From the NCBI GenBank assembly GCA_964580075.1, contig CAZOJL010000005.1:8013-60869 (forward strand): a stretch of DNA of 52,857 nucleotides. The letters run 5' to 3'. The notes under the pieces were generated by a model. It saw only the letters and a list, made by a program, of their open reading frames with translations. It ran no database searches and was not told the origin of the DNA. Source of the DNA: an uncultured Akkermansia sp. (GTDB taxonomy: Bacteria > Verrucomicrobiota > Kiritimatiellia > RFP12 > JAAYNR01). Numbering within the stretch: the first letter of the stretch is position 1; the number at the start of each line of letters is the position of its first letter. Positions 49,227-52,857 of the stretch are shown piece by piece. The position numbers were made by a program, and so were the translations under genes.

Positions 49227-49282
49227 TTTCCGTATTCCTCACGCCTTCCCCACCCCACTAGTCCACCAAAGGAGTTTGAACC

Positions 49283-51088
49283 GTGGCCCAGAAACAAGTC
49301 CGATTCATGTGCACCGCCTTTCGCGACGGGTTCCAATCCGTTTACGGCGCCCGCGTCCTGACCGAGGATTTCATGCCGGCCATTCACGCCGCGCGCGAAG
49401 CCGGCATTTCTTATTTTGAAGCCGGCGGTGGCGCGATGTTCCAGTCGCCCTTCTTCTATTGCAACGAAAATGCGTTCCACATGATGGATCGCTTCCGGGA
49501 AGTGGCCGGCCCCGACGCCAATCTTCAGACGCTCGCGCGGGGCGTGAACCTCGTCTGCCTGGATTCGGCATCCTCCGACGTGATCGCGCTGCATGCGAAA
49601 CTCTTCAAGAAGCACGGCATCACCACGATTCGCAACTTCGACGCCCTGAACGACGTCAACAACCTCGTGTATTCGGGAACATGCATCCATGAGGCAGGGC
49701 TCAAGCACCAAGTCGTGGTCACGATGATGGCGCTTCCGCCCGGCTGCACCGGCGCGCATGATCCCGATTTCTATGAGATGACCCTGCGGGATATCCTGAA
49801 GGCGGAAATTCCGTTTGATTCGGTCTGCTTCAAGGACGCCTCTGGCACCTCGATTCCCGCCATCGTGTTTGAGACCATCAAACGGGCGCGCCGGCTCCTC
49901 CCCCAGGGGACGCAGCTCCAGTTTCATACGCACGAGACCGCCGGGTGCGGCGTCATTTCGTACAAAGCCGCGCTCGACGCCGGCGCCGACGTGATTGACC
50001 TTTCGCTCGCCCCCGTCTCCGGTGGCACCTGCCAACCCGATGTGATCGTCATGTGGCATGCCCTGCGCGGCACCGAATACGATCTGGGCGTGGACATTGA
50101 CAAGGTGCGCGAGGCGGAGGTGGTCTTTCGCGATTGCATGAAGGACTACTTCCTCCCGCCCGAGGCGACTTCCGTCGAACCGCTGATTCCGTGGTCGCCC
50201 ATGCCGGGCGGCGCGCTTACCGCAAACACCCAGATGCTGCGCGACAACAACCTCATGCATCGCTACGGCGAGATGATTGGCGCCATGTCCGAGGTGGTCC
50301 GGCGCGGCGGGTTCGGCACCTCCGTCACCCCGGTCTCCCAGTTCTATTTTCAACAGGCCTTCAACAACGTGATGCACGGCCCCTGGAAAAAAATCGCGCC
50401 GGGCTACGGCAAAATGGTTCTCGGCTATTTTGGCAAGACACCGGTTCCGCCGGATCCCGAGATCGTCGCAATCGCCGCCGAGCAACTCAAGCTCCAGCCC
50501 ACCACCAAGACGGTGCTGGAGAACAACGACGCCGATCCCAAGAAATCGCTCGACTTCTTCCGGAAAATGCTCACCGACACAGGGCTGCCGCTGACCGATG
50601 AGAATGTCTTCATCGCCGCCGCCTGTCAGGAAAAAGGAATTCTTTTCCTCGAAGGCAAGGCGACGCTCGGCATCCGCAAGAAGGCGCCACCGAGTGCCGC
50701 CCCGGCGGCAGCCGCACCCCGGACCGACGACGTCTGCACCGTCACGGTTGGCGGGAAAGCCTACACCGTCGCATTTCAAGGCGACCAGGCGGTCGTCAAT
50801 GGCCAGACCTATCCGTTTTCCGTCACGGCGGGGGCGCCCGAGCCCACCGCGTCTGCGGCGGCTCCCGCGTCGGCCTCCGTGCCGATCACCGCACCGGTAC
50901 CCGGCATCATTTTGCGCATCACCGCGCATCCCGGTCAGACGGTCAAGGCGGGTGACGAGATCCTGATTATGGAGGCGATGAAAATGGAGATGCCGGTCAA
51001 GGCGCCGTCCGCCGGCATTGTGTCGTCCATCGAGGTCACGCAAGCCCAGAAAATCAACACCGGCGATATTCTGGCCCACATCTCCTGA
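49283..51088 (+). CDS. oadA: Oxaloacetate decarboxylase alpha subunit (carboxyltransferase plus biotin carrier)
   Basis: FRDGFQS, FKD, FHTH, PGG, VTP.SQ, and the biotinylation motif EAMKM. Confidence 0.9.
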   Translation: MAQKQVRFMCTAFRDGFQSVYGARVLTEDFMPAIHAAREAGISYFEAGGGAMFQSPFFYCNENAFHMMDRFREVAGPDANLQTLARGVNLVCLDSASSDVIALHAKLFKKHGITTIRNFDALNDVNNLVYSGTCIHEAGLKHQVVVTMMALPPGCTGAHDPDFYEMTLRDILKAEIPFDSVCFKDASGTSIPAIVFETIKRARRLLPQGTQLQFHTHETAGCGVISYKAALDAGADVIDLSLAPVSGGTCQPDVIVMWHALRGTEYDLGVDIDKVREAEVVFRDCMKDYFLPPEATSVEPLIPWSPMPGGALTANTQMLRDNNLMHRYGEMIGAMSEVVRRGGFGTSVTPVSQFYFQQAFNNVMHGPWKKIAPGYGKMVLGYFGKTPVPPDPEIVAIAAEQLKLQPTTKTVLENNDADPKKSLDFFRKMLTDTGLPLTDENVFIAAACQEKGILFLEGKATLGIRKKAPPSAAPAAAAPRTDDVCTVTVGGKAYTVAFQGDQAVVNGQTYPFSVTAGAPEPTASAAAPASASVPITAPVPGIILRITAHPGQTVKAGDEILIMEAMKMEMPVKAPSAGIVSSIEVTQAQKINTGDILAHIS

Positions 51089-51129
51089 GGTCCTCCTTGC
51101 CTGCCAGACCCGTCCACGTGACAGAATAA

Positions 51130-51298
51130 CCCTAAAAAGTTCAGAAGACTGTGAGACTGTGAGGCTGTAAGGATTGGGAGGCAATCGGTTATGAAAACGG
51201 GAGCTGTTCACCATTGGGTGCGTGCGAATAAATCTGTAACCTGTTCATTTTCAAACTCATAGCCTTACTGCCTTTCAGCCTATAGCCTTCTTTAGGAT
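51130..51298. repeat. Octamer-arm palindromic element with CACCATTGGGTG core, bounded by CCTAAA...TTTAGG
   Basis: (GRCTGTRA)n left arm and (NNNAGCCT)n right arm; between oadA and oadB. Confidence 0.75.
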
Positions 51299-51302
51299 AA
51301 CT

Positions 51303-52733
51303 ATGAAAAAAATGCTTTTTGCCTTTTTCGTCGCGGCCACGCTCGCGCTCCTGCCGGCCGCATACGCTGACCAGCCGACTCAGGAGGCGACTCCCGGCGG
51401 GGTTCAAACCGAACCGGCGAAACCCTCCCTGGGCAGTCGCTTGAAGACCATCTGGATGGAAACAGGCATTTACGGATTCGCTGCGACCGGGCCCCGCCCG
51501 GTGGCTGACCCGGTCGTGGTCGACAGCGTCACCTACCAGAAAGAGGTCACGGCGTCGCACAAACCGGGTGTCCTGCCTTACGGCATCAGTCAGGCCGTCA
51601 TGATCGTTGTCTGCCTCGGCCTCATCTATCTGGCCCTGATCAAAGGGTTTGAGCCGCTGCTGCTGCTGCCGATCGGATTCGGCGGGTTACTGGCCAATAT
51701 CCCCAACGCCGGCATCACCGCCGAACCGGTGATCAAACTGATCGTGGGTGCTGACGGGTCGTGTTTCCCCGTCATGCTCGAGCCGGGCGGTTTTCTCTAT
51801 TACATTTTCGATATGGGGGTTAGCACGGGAGTGTTTCCGCTGCTGATCTTCATGGGGGTGGGCGCGATGACCGACTTCGGCCCGTTGATCGCCAACCCCA
51901 AGACGGCGCTTCTGGGCGGCGCGGCCCAGTTTGGCATCTTCTGCGCCCTCCTCGGCGCGCTGGTGCTGAACGACTATGTGCCGGGTCTCGCCTTCTCAAT
52001 CAAAGATGCCGCTTCGATCGGCATCATCGGCGGCGCCGACGGCCCGACCGCAATCTGGCTGACGACCAAGCTCTCCCCCGATCTTCTGGGCGCGATCGCC
52101 GTAGCCGCCTATTCCTACATGGCCCTGGTGCCGATCATCCAGCCGCCCCTGATGCGCCTCTGCTCCAGCCCGGCCGAGCGCAGGATCAAAATGAAACAAC
52201 TGCGGCCGGTCAAAAAGATTGAGAAGGTCGTCTTCCCGCTGATCGTGGTCCTGCTGTGCGCCCTGCTGCTCCCCTCGGCTTCGCCGCTGGTCGGGGCGCT
52301 GATGCTCGGCAACCTCGCTCGCGAATGCGGCGTCGTCAACCGCCTTTCCGATACCATGGCCAACGCCCTGATCAACATCGTCACGATCCTCCTCGGCCTC
52401 GCCGTCGGCTCGAAGCTGGCATCGGAGAAGTTCCTGACGCCCGAGACGCTCGGGATCATCCTTCTCGGCCTGTTTGCCTTCGCGATCGGAACCTGCTCGG
52501 GCGTGCTGATGGCCAGACTGATGAATTACTTCCTGAAGGAGAAGATCAACCCGCTCATCGGCTCCGCGGGCGTCTCGGCCGTCCCCATGGCTGCACGGGT
52601 CTCCAACAAGATCGGTCTGGAGTCCGACTCTTCCAACTTCCTGCTCATGCACGCCATGGGGCCGAATGTCGCGGGGGTCATCGGCTCGGCCGTCGCCGCA
52701 GGCGTGCTTTACCGCCTCTGCTCCGTCCTGTGA
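51303..52733 (+). CDS. oadB: Na+-translocating decarboxylase beta subunit
   Basis: [59 protein letters not shown]. Confidence 0.95.
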   Translation: MKKMLFAFFVAATLALLPAAYADQPTQEATPGGVQTEPAKPSLGSRLKTIWMETGIYGFAATGPRPVADPVVVDSVTYQKEVTASHKPGVLPYGISQAVMIVVCLGLIYLALIKGFEPLLLLPIGFGGLLANIPNAGITAEPVIKLIVGADGSCFPVMLEPGGFLYYIFDMGVSTGVFPLLIFMGVGAMTDFGPLIANPKTALLGGAAQFGIFCALLGALVLNDYVPGLAFSIKDAASIGIIGGADGPTAIWLTTKLSPDLLGAIAVAAYSYMALVPIIQPPLMRLCSSPAERRIKMKQLRPVKKIEKVVFPLIVVLLCALLLPSASPLVGALMLGNLARECGVVNRLSDTMANALINIVTILLGLAVGSKLASEKFLTPETLGIILLGLFAFAIGTCSGVLMARLMNYFLKEKINPLIGSAGVSAVPMAARVSNKIGLESDSSNFLLMHAMGPNVAGVIGSAVAAGVLYRLCSVL

Positions 52734-52857
52734 GCCAGCCTGCTCCGATGCTGGGGGGGGGGGGGGCGTACTGGGCGGGGGGGATGGAGAGAGGGGGGAA
52801 GGGGAATGCCTGGCCCTCAACCACGGTGCCAGCTAAATGCTGCCGGGGCGCATCTAA

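Noticed and set aside
52844-52857. GGGCGCATCTAA as the start of another 23-bp-TIR MITE
   Set aside because: Only 8 nt match the TIR before divergence, and the window ends there.

Overview
High-GC bacterial chromosomal window. Gene content and repeat style suggest a PVC-superphylum organism such as Kiritimatiellia or Lentisphaerae (inference only). Housekeeping and envelope genes: a CPA2 antiporter fused to two PTS EIIA domains, dxs, a TPR-exbB-exbD-TonB-like operon, mreBCD-mrdA-rodA-rng-lptD, an extra class B PBP, an S1-domain protein, two B12-type radical SAM genes and oadGAB. There is also a putative glycan-use cluster (2.3-kaa secreted protein, GH4, Gfo/Idh/MocA, FG-GAP). The most notable region is 11.4-15.2 kb, just downstream of tRNA-Tyr. 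It holds two tandem copies of an integrase-less mini-integron-like module. Each copy is an 85-bp promoter-bearing attI-like repeat, then different captured gene cassettes inserted exactly at G|TT, then a shared ~270-bp tail ending in a group IIC intron 5' fragment. Intergenic regions also carry at least three families of small non-autonomous elements with inverted microsatellite arms. One has IS4-like ends, one has 23-bp TIRs and 9-10-bp TSDs, and one shares a CACCATTKGGYG core but has interchangeable arms. All calls come from reading the sequence; no searches were run.
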